Positions 1 to 8,030 of a stretch of DNA of 64,000 nucleotides are shown in pieces. Source of the DNA: Deltaproteobacteria bacterium (GTDB lineage: Bacteria; Desulfobacterota; Syntrophia; Syntrophales; JACQWR01); contig JAPLJV010000004.1 of the NCBI GenBank assembly GCA_026388415.1, forward strand, positions 530-64,529, written 5' to 3'. A program made the translations under genes and the position numbers. How positions within the stretch are numbered: the stretch's first letter is position 1; each line of letters opens with the position of its first letter. The notes below the pieces were generated by a model. It was not told the origin of the DNA. It searched no databases and saw nothing but the letters and a program-made list of their open reading frames with translations.

Positions 1-211
1 TCACGACGCCATCCTGCACATTGGAATCATCACCAACATAAATGGGCTGCCCTTCATCACCGCGAAGTGATGCCGTTGGCGATACCATGATATTTTTCCC
101 CAAAATTACGTTGCCGATAACCGCGGCCAACGGATGAACATAGGACGATGGATCAATAACAGGTTCGGATACAGTCGCGTTGAAATCAGTTTTAACATTT
201 TTTCCAATCAT
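1..211 (-). CDS. gamma-class carbonic anhydrase (Cam-like, left-handed beta-helix); only the N-terminal 70 codons are present because the gene runs off the window
   Basis: Own translation from ATG at 211-209: MIGKNVKTDFNATVSEPVIDPSSYVHPLAAVIGNVILGKNIMVSPTASLRGDEGQPIYVGDDSNVQDGVV. GGAGGA lies 4 nt upstream of the ATG. The VSP.AS.R.DEG.PI.VGD.SNVQDGVV stretch matches my memory of Methanosarcina Cam. It is absent from the ORF track because there is no stop in the window. Confidence 0.7.
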   Translation of the reverse strand, partial: MIGKNVKTDFNATVSEPVIDPSSYVHPLAAVIGNVILGKNIMVSPTASLRGDEGQPIYVGDDSNVQDGVV

Positions 212-228
212 TTTATCCTCCACATATT

Positions 229-888
229 TTATATATTTTTCTCGGGGCGTCCAATTGGGAATAAGCCTGAAATTGTATCTTTATTTTCTTCCCGCGCCTT
301 GAGCTGCTGCCAGATTGCCGCCGCTTTTTCTTTAGTTTGTGAAACATCGCCTGAATTATCAATTACAATATCGGCAAGCCCGATCTTGTCCACGATGGGC
401 ATCTGGTTTTTTAGTCTTAACTGGGCTTCATCATAAGACAGACCATTTCGTCCCATCAGCCGGAATATTTGTTCTTCAGGAGATATTAAAATCAGCATTG
501 TCAGATCAAAAAGATATTGCATCTTTTCTTCAAATAACAATGGAACATCAGATAAAATAATGGCCTGCTCTTGCTGCCTTTTGATTTTATCCAATCGTTC
601 ATGCCAAAGATCAAAAACAAGCGGATGGACAATATTGTTCAGGGCTTCAAGTTTTTTTTTGTCCGTAAAAACAATTTGAGCTAATATATTGCGGTTAATT
701 GTATCATCCTGATTGAGAATGCCGTCGCCGCAAAACTTGACAATTTCATTCCAGGCCGGCTTTCCCGGTTCCTGCACTTCATGCGCCAGCTTATCGAAAT
801 CAATCAGATGAGCCCCCAGCGCCACAAACACCTGAGCTACCGTCGTTTTGCCGGAGGCAATCCCGCCTGTCATTCCCACGTTTAACAT
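229..888 (-). CDS. coaE: dephospho-CoA kinase
   Basis: ORF 229..1005 trimmed to the internal ATG at 888, giving MLNVGMTGGIASGKTT (P-loop at the extreme N-terminus, typical of CoaE). Length is about 219 aa. Confidence 0.9.
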   Translation of the reverse strand: MLNVGMTGGIASGKTTVAQVFVALGAHLIDFDKLAHEVQEPGKPAWNEIVKFCGDGILNQDDTINRNILAQIVFTDKKKLEALNNIVHPLVFDLWHERLDKIKRQQEQAIILSDVPLLFEEKMQYLFDLTMLILISPEEQIFRLMGRNGLSYDEAQLRLKNQMPIVDKIGLADIVIDNSGDVSQTKEKAAAIWQQLKAREENKDTISGLFPIGRPEKNI

Positions 889-1324
889 TGTTTTATACTC
901 ATTTGTTAAGGCATTGCTTTTGACGGTGCGGAGTATAGGGGGGCTGTTTTTGCTTGTCAAGGGATATCTGGCAACGCGAAAAAAGAGATAAATTAGGCAA
1001 AACACCTGCCACGCCTCTCAAAGATGCGCACCCCGGCGGGCATTTTTATGACCGCTTAACATCACACCGTCCGGTTTGTCATCATTTTATGGGATTCCCG
1101 CCGGAGACGGGCAGTAGGAAAAGCTTGAAAACGCCTGATGATATTGATACCGTCATGGTGTCCAAAACGAGGGCGCTGGTGCCTACTGGTCTGTTAACTG
1201 ACTTGTCGAGAATAGATGAATTTAATGGTCGAGCATCTGGGCTCCAAACACTAATGTTGGATACGGATGCCGAGAGCGTTTTGTTGAATGCCGGTCCAAA
1301 CATGCAATGCCTAAAAGAATCTAC

Positions 1325-1353
1325 TTGACGTAATCATGTATGTAGTGTATTGT
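1325..1353 (+). promoter_or_regulatory. sigma70-like promoter of the RHH/PIN operon with overlapping direct repeats
   Basis: TTGACG (1325-1330), a 17-nt spacer, then TATTGT (1348-1353). GCAGGAGG Shine-Dalgarno at 1357-1364 and ATG at 1373. TGTAGTG occurs twice (1341-1347 and 1351-1357), flanking and overlapping the -10 element. Confidence 0.45.
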
Positions 1354-1372
1354 AGTGCAGGAGGTAATGAAT

Positions 1373-1591
1373 ATGAGAACAGTCTTGTCGGTAAGCTTGC
1401 CGGATAACGTGGCGGCAGAACTTGAAGCCATTGCCAAAGAAATGGGCAGGAACAAGAGTGACATTGTAAAAGAATCCTTAGGATTATTTCTTTGGGAAAC
1501 GAAGTTCCGCAATGTAAAGAAGAAACTGTCCATCAAGGCTAAGGCTTCCGGTGTTGTTACCGAGGAGGATGTCTTTAAGGCGGTATCATGA
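1373..1591 (+). CDS. ribbon-helix-helix (CopG-like) antitoxin
   Basis: ORF 1355..1591 trimmed to the ATG at 1373, which sits behind a strong SD. MRTVLSVSLPDNVAAELEAIAKEMGRNKSDIVKESL is a typical RHH N-terminus. The stop overlaps the PIN gene start (ATGA at 1588). Confidence 0.75.
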   Translation: MRTVLSVSLPDNVAAELEAIAKEMGRNKSDIVKESLGLFLWETKFRNVKKKLSIKAKASGVVTEEDVFKAVS

Positions 1592-1992
1592 AGGCAGTTT
1601 TCGATACGAACGTCCTTATCGCCGCCTTCCTCACGGAGGGAATCTGTGCCAAGCTCCTGATCCGGGCACGCAGGCGGGATTTCGACATGATTTTATGCGA
1701 TGGAATACTTCAGGATTTTAAGCGTGTCCTTAAGAAAAAGTTTGCCGCCTCTCCTCATGAAATGTCCGAAGCACTGCTTATTCTATCTGCGGCCGCGCAG
1801 GACATTATCGGACAGACTGATCCAATTGTGCCCATTTGTAGAGATTCGGATGACGACTTGATTCTGGCCTGTGCCAGAGATGCTGTTGCAGACTACGTCG
1901 TTACCGGAGATGAAGACTTATTGGTTTTGAAGGATTATGAGGGCATAAGCATCCTAAACCCCAGGGAATTTGAAAAGCTTTTTCCAGATTGA
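1588..1992 (+). CDS. PIN-domain toxin (PIN_3-type putative ribonuclease)
   Basis: MKAVFDTNVLIAAF start; acidic residues in DTN, DSDDD and TGDEDLL contexts; 134 aa; translationally coupled to the upstream RHH gene. Confidence 0.85.
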   Translation: MKAVFDTNVLIAAFLTEGICAKLLIRARRRDFDMILCDGILQDFKRVLKKKFAASPHEMSEALLILSAAAQDIIGQTDPIVPICRDSDDDLILACARDAVADYVVTGDEDLLVLKDYEGISILNPREFEKLFPD

Positions 1993-2307
1993 GAAAGGGA
2001 ACATTCGTTAGCTTGCGTCAGTGCGATTGGTAGCCTGATTTGCCACCTCAGACCATGCGGTCAGATGCTTACCCTTAAAATACAAGTCAATAGAAAAATA
2101 ACACCTGCTAAATCAATGACTTCTGTTTGAAAGGCGCGGGGTAAAACTATAAATATTATCTCCTTACTTACTTGTCCATCTACCCCTGAAAGAAATTCTT
2201 GATATTATTCCTTAATCACTGATTTTATTTGTTCAATAATTGTGATATGCGTGACCGGACCGGTGGGCACCAGAACTATAGATAAAGAGCGAAACAAACC
2301 ATAGGAT

Positions 2308-3222
2308 TTGAACAAGGACCAAGTAATAACTATGAAAGACTTTCAGTACGCGTTAATGCTGATCGAAGCCCGGAAGTATGAGGGCGCTAAGGATCTGCTT
2401 GAGGAGCTGCTCCAGAGCGATCCCGGAAATAAGGACGTTCTGTACAATCTCGGCATGTGCTATACGGAAATGGACGAACCCGAAAAGGCCATAGAAACCC
2501 TGTCTGAATGCGTAAGGTATTACCCCCACTATTCGAATGCTTATGTGGCGCTTGGATTTGCCTATTCACGGCTTGATGAGGATGAAAAGGCCAAGGATAA
2601 TTTCCTGAGGGCTCTCGAGATCGAACCTTCAAATCCCTATGCCCTCAGGAACCTGGGCGGTCTTTATGGCAAAGAAAGCGATTACGAAAGGGCTGTCCAG
2701 TGCCTGGAGAAGTCATTTTTAATCAATCCGGATGACCAGCAGACGGCATACGGCCTCGGCTACAGTTATTTTTACATGGGGAGAACCGATAAGGCCGACA
2801 AGTATTTCACCGCCGCAATAGATCTGAACGAATCTACCAAGATTGCCGCCATGGCAAAAGATTTCAGGAGAGAGATAGCCGAAATCAACCTGAAGGCAAA
2901 AGGTTTCCGAACAGACGCCATGTTTTTCTGTCTTTCAGCCCTTCAATTCTTCAATGATAAAACACAAGAACAGGTCAAACAGGTTGCCTTTGAGATTGGT
3001 GACAAGGGCAGACAGGGACTTGATATCAATAATCCCGAAAAGAAATATACGCTCAATTCCATGGACGGTTCTTTTACAGCGTTGCAACTCGTCAGCTACA
3101 TGTTCGTGGGTTTCAAGATGATTGACCCGCAACTAGATATCGGATTAGATTTGTCCGAGGAATACCAGCAGGCCCTAAACCTGTTCAGTAAGGAAAGCTC
3201 GCGTGGATATACGCTTCATTGA
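2308..3222 (+). CDS. TPR-repeat protein with an uncharacterised C-terminal domain of about 130 aa
   Basis: Repeated TPR signatures (LYNLGMCY, YVALGFAY, LRNLGGLY, AYGLGYSY). The start is ambiguous: TTG at 2308 or ATG at 2332. Confidence 0.7.
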   Translation: MNKDQVITMKDFQYALMLIEARKYEGAKDLLEELLQSDPGNKDVLYNLGMCYTEMDEPEKAIETLSECVRYYPHYSNAYVALGFAYSRLDEDEKAKDNFLRALEIEPSNPYALRNLGGLYGKESDYERAVQCLEKSFLINPDDQQTAYGLGYSYFYMGRTDKADKYFTAAIDLNESTKIAAMAKDFRREIAEINLKAKGFRTDAMFFCLSALQFFNDKTQEQVKQVAFEIGDKGRQGLDINNPEKKYTLNSMDGSFTALQLVSYMFVGFKMIDPQLDIGLDLSEEYQQALNLFSKESSRGYTLH

Positions 3223-4009
3223 CCCCGTTCCCGCTGTTCTTGAAGAGGTCAAGAATGTTACGGGAAAGGGGATAGAATTTATTGAAAAAGAGAATCTGAC
3301 GACATTCGCGATGGTCAAGATGGCAAGAAAAGATATGCCGTCTCACCTCATATATTACAAGAAAAAGCATGACGAAATCATCAACCATCTGATTGTCCAC
3401 GAATGCGGGCATCTTTTCAGAATCTTCAAATGTCCGGAGAATCAGAGATTGATGCCGTACAGTGACCGGAAGATAAAATACAGCGCCCTCATGTCCATAA
3501 AGAAGGAGATCACGGCGTTGAATGATACTTTTTCGGAGGACCAAATCGCCCATATTATAGATATCTGGTACAACGGTCTCATACGACAGGTCACCAACTT
3601 GCCGCCTGACATCATGATCGAAAGGTGGATTTACGATCAATTTCCTACCCTGAGACACCTGCAATTGCAATCGCTGAAACATCAGCATTCAGAATCAATA
3701 CAAGGCCTTGCTGAAACGGTCCAGAGAATGACCCCCCGTACAATCTTGTTAGCAGCTAATGTGATGAATTATGCCTTTTACAGGATTATAGGTCTGCATG
3801 TCGGCCAGAACTTCATAAGGGAATACAGCGCAACCCGCTATCTGGGACAAGGCAAGGAACTGGCGTCCATGACGGAAAAAGATTACACTGACAGCCATGA
3901 AGGCGATAACGTCATGATCGACAAGTGGGCAAATTTCGTCAACATAGTCGGTTGGTTCAAATGGCGCGGATTTGAAGATGTTCCTCCGAATTATATAGAA
4001 ACAGTATAG
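3203..4009 (+). CDS. hypothetical protein with an HExxH motif (putative zinc metallopeptidase-like)
   Basis: 268-aa ORF with a GTG start that overlaps the upstream TPR gene by 20 nt. It contains LIVHECGHLF (HExxH). I recognise no family. Confidence 0.55.
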   Translation: MDIRFIDPVPAVLEEVKNVTGKGIEFIEKENLTTFAMVKMARKDMPSHLIYYKKKHDEIINHLIVHECGHLFRIFKCPENQRLMPYSDRKIKYSALMSIKKEITALNDTFSEDQIAHIIDIWYNGLIRQVTNLPPDIMIERWIYDQFPTLRHLQLQSLKHQHSESIQGLAETVQRMTPRTILLAANVMNYAFYRIIGLHVGQNFIREYSATRYLGQGKELASMTEKDYTDSHEGDNVMIDKWANFVNIVGWFKWRGFEDVPPNYIETV

Positions 4010-4022
4010 GCGATAGAAGCAA

Positions 4023-4811
4023 ATGAAATTATCCATTCCCCTGAAAGATATTATGCTCGCCCCCGGCAAACGGTTTGATCCGGCGGAACATAGTGAACAG
4101 GACGTTACTACCCGCATCAAGAAACTTTATGGCATGATTGCGCAAGTAATGAATATCGTGATTGACAATGGAATGGCTCACATTGAATTCCGGGACGCGA
4201 CACCGGAGAAATTTGCCGAAGCCATGAAGAAGCTGGCAAGGGGAGTTGACGAGGCCGGGAAAAGCAGGCTCCCCGAGGCTCTGAAACTATTTCAGGAGGT
4301 CCTCGCCGTTATTCCCGAAAACGTGGCCGCCCGCCGCAATATGGCCAAGATTTACCTGGAGCAAGGCAAACTGGAAAAAGCAAAACAGCACCTGCAAGAA
4401 TGTTTGCAGATCGCTCCGACAGATGCCTACAGCTACGTAATGCTGGGTAACATCTATTTGCATCACGAAAACAACCTGGACGTAGCCGCTTTCTATTACG
4501 AGAAATGTCTGGAGCTCTATCCCGACGATGCCATGGTCTTGACCAACTACGCCGGCTTGATGACGCAAAAGCAAGAGTTTCAAAAGGCGGAGATCCTTTT
4601 CAAGAAGGCCATCAAGATCCATAATGTCCCAAACGCCTATTACGGTCTGGCTCTTCTTTATCGGATGGCAGGAGAACTTGAAGAAAGTAAAAGCGTTCTG
4701 GAAACGATGTTTGCCCGGATACCTCAGCAAACTTTAGCAAGAGACCATGCTGGGATATACGCGGAAGCCAATGCCCTATACAGTGAATTGAGCAAAGAGA
4801 AGAAACATTGA
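4023..4811 (+). CDS. TPR-repeat protein with an uncharacterised N-terminal region of about 80 aa
   Basis: 262-aa ORF starting 13 nt after the HExxH gene. TPR signatures: RRNMAKIYLEQGKLEKA, YVMLGNIYL, LTNYAGLM, YYGLALLY. Confidence 0.7.
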   Translation: MKLSIPLKDIMLAPGKRFDPAEHSEQDVTTRIKKLYGMIAQVMNIVIDNGMAHIEFRDATPEKFAEAMKKLARGVDEAGKSRLPEALKLFQEVLAVIPENVAARRNMAKIYLEQGKLEKAKQHLQECLQIAPTDAYSYVMLGNIYLHHENNLDVAAFYYEKCLELYPDDAMVLTNYAGLMTQKQEFQKAEILFKKAIKIHNVPNAYYGLALLYRMAGELEESKSVLETMFARIPQQTLARDHAGIYAEANALYSELSKEKKH

Positions 4812-4938
4812 GCTATATAGTTGCTTTTTATTGCTATTTTATAGAGATAATATCCTACCGCGCCATTAGTTTCATGTATCTATAGAAAACTACCTGTTAC
4901 CTTGCTTTCAACATTCATGGTTGCATGTCGGGATTAAA

Positions 4939-4955
4939 TGTGACATTTTGTCACA
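4939..4955. promoter_or_regulatory. perfect palindrome TGTGACA-TTT-TGTCACA upstream of the methyltransferase gene (candidate operator)
   Basis: Read directly from the sequence: a 7-bp inverted repeat with a 3-bp spacer, ending 19 nt before the ATG at 4975. Confidence 0.45.
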
Positions 4956-4974
4956 AATAATCCTTGAGGTTTTT

Positions 4975-6309
4975 ATGGATAAAAATCCCGTCCCACTTAT
5001 CAAAAAAGCAGTTGATGTACATGGTCTGGAGACTGTAGCCGACAATATGGGCAAATCTCCGCGAACCATCAGGCGATGGATGGCCTACGAGACGAAAATG
5101 TCGGTAAATGACTGCCGGGTTATGGAGCAGCTCTACCTTGATCTCTATGAAGCATCTCCGAAAAAAGCTGATTTTACGTTCATTGACCTGTTTGCCGGAA
5201 TAGGCGGGCTCCGGTTGGGGTTTGAAGATATCGGCGGACAATGCATTTTCACCAGTGAATGGGATGCATATTCACAGAAAACGTACCGGGCCAACTTCAA
5301 CGACAATCACGAACTTGCCGGTGATATAAACGACATCATGGGAGATATCAGAAAACATATTCCGGTCTCTCCCGATGTCTTGCTGGCCGGTTTTCCCTGT
5401 CAGCCTTTTTCCATTGCCGGCGTCAGCAAAAAGAATGCCTTGGGCCGTCCGCATGGTTTCGCATGCAAGGAGCAGGGCAACCTGTTTTTCCATATTGCCT
5501 CTATCCTTGCTGAATTGCGGCCGCCTGCCTTCCTGCTGGAAAATGTCAAGAACCTCGAACGGCATGACAAAGGGAACACTTTCCGGGTCATCATGGATAC
5601 CTTGGTGAATAAACTGGAATACAAGGTTCATTACAAGGTGATAGATGCAAAGGGGTTTGTTCCCCAACACCGGGAACGGATTTTTATTGTCGGATTCGAT
5701 GGCGATACCGGCTTTACCTGGGATGATCTCAACCTGCCGGACCCGAAAGCCCTGACCCTGAAAGACATCCTTCAGCCTGCCACGGAGGTTGACAGCAAGT
5801 ACATCCTGTCAGACCACCTGTGGCGCTATCTGCAAGACTATGCAGCAAAGCACAAGGCTGCCGGTCACGGGTTCGGTTTCGGGTTGACGGGAGAAAATGA
5901 AACTACCCGACCATTGACGCCACGATATTTCAAGGATGGCAGTGAAATACTTGTCTATCGAGGAACAGGAAAGAATCCGCGGCGTTTGACACCTCGCGAG
6001 TGTGCTCGGCTGATGGGATTCCGGGATGACTTCAAAATCCCGGTCTCAGATTTGCAAGCTTACAAACAATTCGGCAACGCATCCGTAGTGCCAGTTATTA
6101 GGGAGATTGCAAGAACGATGAATCCGCATATATTGGAAGCGGCGAAAAAAAACAGCGATAATTTGGCTATATTTTTGATGACAGACCAGCCCGAAACTTG
6201 TGGAATATGTGGCGCGCGAACTAACTGGATTGACTACAAAAACGGTCAACAACTGCATACTTGTCCAAGCTGCAATTACATCTATCTGCTGGAGGAATGT
6301 GATGAATAA
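4975..6309 (+). CDS. dcm: DNA (cytosine-5)-methyltransferase
   Basis: m5C MTase motifs in canonical order: FIDLFAGIGG (I), FPCQPFS (IV), ENVKNL (VI), QHRERIFIVGF (VIII), LTPRECARLMGF (IX), QFGNASVVPV (X). There is an extra N-terminal region of about 65 aa and a C-terminal CGIC...CPSC zinc-ribbon-like tail. ORF 4921.. trimmed to the ATG at 4975. Confidence 0.9.
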   Translation: MDKNPVPLIKKAVDVHGLETVADNMGKSPRTIRRWMAYETKMSVNDCRVMEQLYLDLYEASPKKADFTFIDLFAGIGGLRLGFEDIGGQCIFTSEWDAYSQKTYRANFNDNHELAGDINDIMGDIRKHIPVSPDVLLAGFPCQPFSIAGVSKKNALGRPHGFACKEQGNLFFHIASILAELRPPAFLLENVKNLERHDKGNTFRVIMDTLVNKLEYKVHYKVIDAKGFVPQHRERIFIVGFDGDTGFTWDDLNLPDPKALTLKDILQPATEVDSKYILSDHLWRYLQDYAAKHKAAGHGFGFGLTGENETTRPLTPRYFKDGSEILVYRGTGKNPRRLTPRECARLMGFRDDFKIPVSDLQAYKQFGNASVVPVIREIARTMNPHILEAAKKNSDNLAIFLMTDQPETCGICGARTNWIDYKNGQQLHTCPSCNYIYLLEECDE

Positions 6310-7054
6310 ATGGACTATTGAGGAACTGAAACTTGCGCTTGCGCTGTATTGCCAAATTCCCTTTGGCAAAATGCACTCCAGAAACCCCGATGTTATCAGA
6401 TTAGCAGATAAAATAGGCAGAACAGCTTCTGCTGTTGCCATGAAGTTGGTGAATTTTGCAAGTCTCGACCCAGAAATAACAGCGTCTGGCAGGACAGGTC
6501 TTGGAAATGCTTCTGCAACGGATAAAATGGTTTGGGAAACATTCCAAACTGATTGGGATAATGAGTTGCTAAAAGCAACAAAGGATCTTCCTGATTTTAA
6601 AATTCTTTCTTACGAGGATACTGAAGAACCGCTTGTTATTTCTGGCGACACGACTCGTAAGGCTGAAGTAGAAATCAGAATGAAGCAATCCATTTTCCGG
6701 CGCATGATTTTAAGCAGCTATGCTGGCGTATGTTGTATAAGTGGCCTTTCCGAGCCAAAACTACTCATTGCGAGCCATATTGTTCCGTGGAACAAGGACA
6801 GTGAAAATCGGCTGAATCCGCGCAATGGCTTATGCCTATCAGTTTTACATGATAAGGCGTTTGACAGAGGATTGATTACCGTTTTGCCTGATTATACTGT
6901 CGTTGTATCAAAGGAAATTACCAAATTAACAGACGATCGTTTTGCTCAAATCACACTTGTGGCAAATAACGGCCAAAAGATCAAAATGCCGGAAAAATTT
7001 CGTCCATTACCGGAATTTTTAACATGGCATAACCAGAATATGTTCAAACAATAA
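6302..7054 (+). CDS. HNH endonuclease (HNH_2-type, candidate restriction nuclease)
   Basis: ORF 6200.. trimmed to the ATG at 6302, which overlaps the dcm stop by 8 nt (ATGAATAA). C-terminal ASHIVPWNKDSENRLNPRNGLCLSVLHDKAFDRGLITV is the HNH_2 signature as I know it. Confidence 0.8.
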   Translation: MNKWTIEELKLALALYCQIPFGKMHSRNPDVIRLADKIGRTASAVAMKLVNFASLDPEITASGRTGLGNASATDKMVWETFQTDWDNELLKATKDLPDFKILSYEDTEEPLVISGDTTRKAEVEIRMKQSIFRRMILSSYAGVCCISGLSEPKLLIASHIVPWNKDSENRLNPRNGLCLSVLHDKAFDRGLITVLPDYTVVVSKEITKLTDDRFAQITLVANNGQKIKMPEKFRPLPEFLTWHNQNMFKQ

Positions 7055-7061
7055 CCCATGA

Positions 7062-7622
7062 CCGACTGGTAGTTATTACAAGGCAGCCGGTGTTGAAGCA
7101 TTCATCCGGAAATATGGCTACCCGGATATGACAGGGCAAGCCGGACGGGAAGACCGGCTGAATTTTGGCGGCATACATCGAATAGACAGTTATCACGAGC
7201 GAACAGGCTTGGCCATAATGCTGCTCGGTTATGACAGGGAGGCCGGCAAAATTCGTGACGCCACGGGCGGGATTGCACTGATGAATCTCAATGGTGAAGA
7301 GGCAGCCGTCTGGCGCTACACCGAAATTATGGCGCACTGGAATCGCAAGCATGCGCAGGCTGTCTACATTCCCAGCATGAGCAATAAAATTCCCGACCTC
7401 AGATACTGGTACGGCAATCTGGTACGATTGGGGATGGGAACAGATTTCCTGCTTTACCTCAAGGCAATATCGGCAGGACATATCTACTATGATCCGGGTA
7501 TTAAACTGGAAAATGCCTCGACGGCTCCCCATACAAAACAAAGAAGCCAGTTCCGCATCAGGTCGGTGTACGTGCCGTCACTGTATCACGAGATGAAGAC
7601 GGTTGATTTACTGGCTGAATAG
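7062..7622 (+). pseudogene. 5'-truncated MvaI/BcnI-family restriction endonuclease remnant
   Basis: HWNRKHAQAVYIPS, GTDFLLYLKAISAGHIYYDPGIKLE and KQRSQFRIRS resemble the C-terminal part of the MvaI/BcnI family (full length about 240 aa, from memory). The frame is open only from 7062, just after a TGA at 7059-7061. The first ATG is at 7128. The remnant begins 7 nt after the HNH stop. Confidence 0.55.
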
Positions 7623-8030
7623 TAATGAAACCAATTTTCTCTTGCCGCTTCAAGGTGGACAGGTGTAGTTGAAAGTTCTTAACGATAATCCTCATTTTCT
7701 CCAAAATGTTAAAAAACAACGTCTTGGATGTTGTGCAATAACTATGCGATTATTGTAAATCAATAGCACTTATCTATCCGAATATATAAGCGAATAATCT
7801 TAGTGTTGAATATCATTGAAAGACAGCGCATCCATCGTAGATATTCCATGTATATCAATCAGTTATTGCTCTGCTCCTCGAAAATTGAGGAGCTTGAATT
7901 TTGCACCGGCCCGGGGAGGTCTCTCCGACGGTTCCCGCTCGTGGCAGACGCCAGCACTTGAAGAAGGGTGGTTTGTTAAGGCAAAAGGGGAAAGCTCCGC
8001 ACTTGTCTTTTTTTCAACCGCAACGAAGGT

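Noticed and set aside
954-1328. 124-aa plus-strand ORF, and the 73-aa minus-strand ORF at 1082-1303
   Set aside because: No SD, no family resemblance, and the two are mutually overlapping. I treat the region as noncoding (see the finding for 889-1354).
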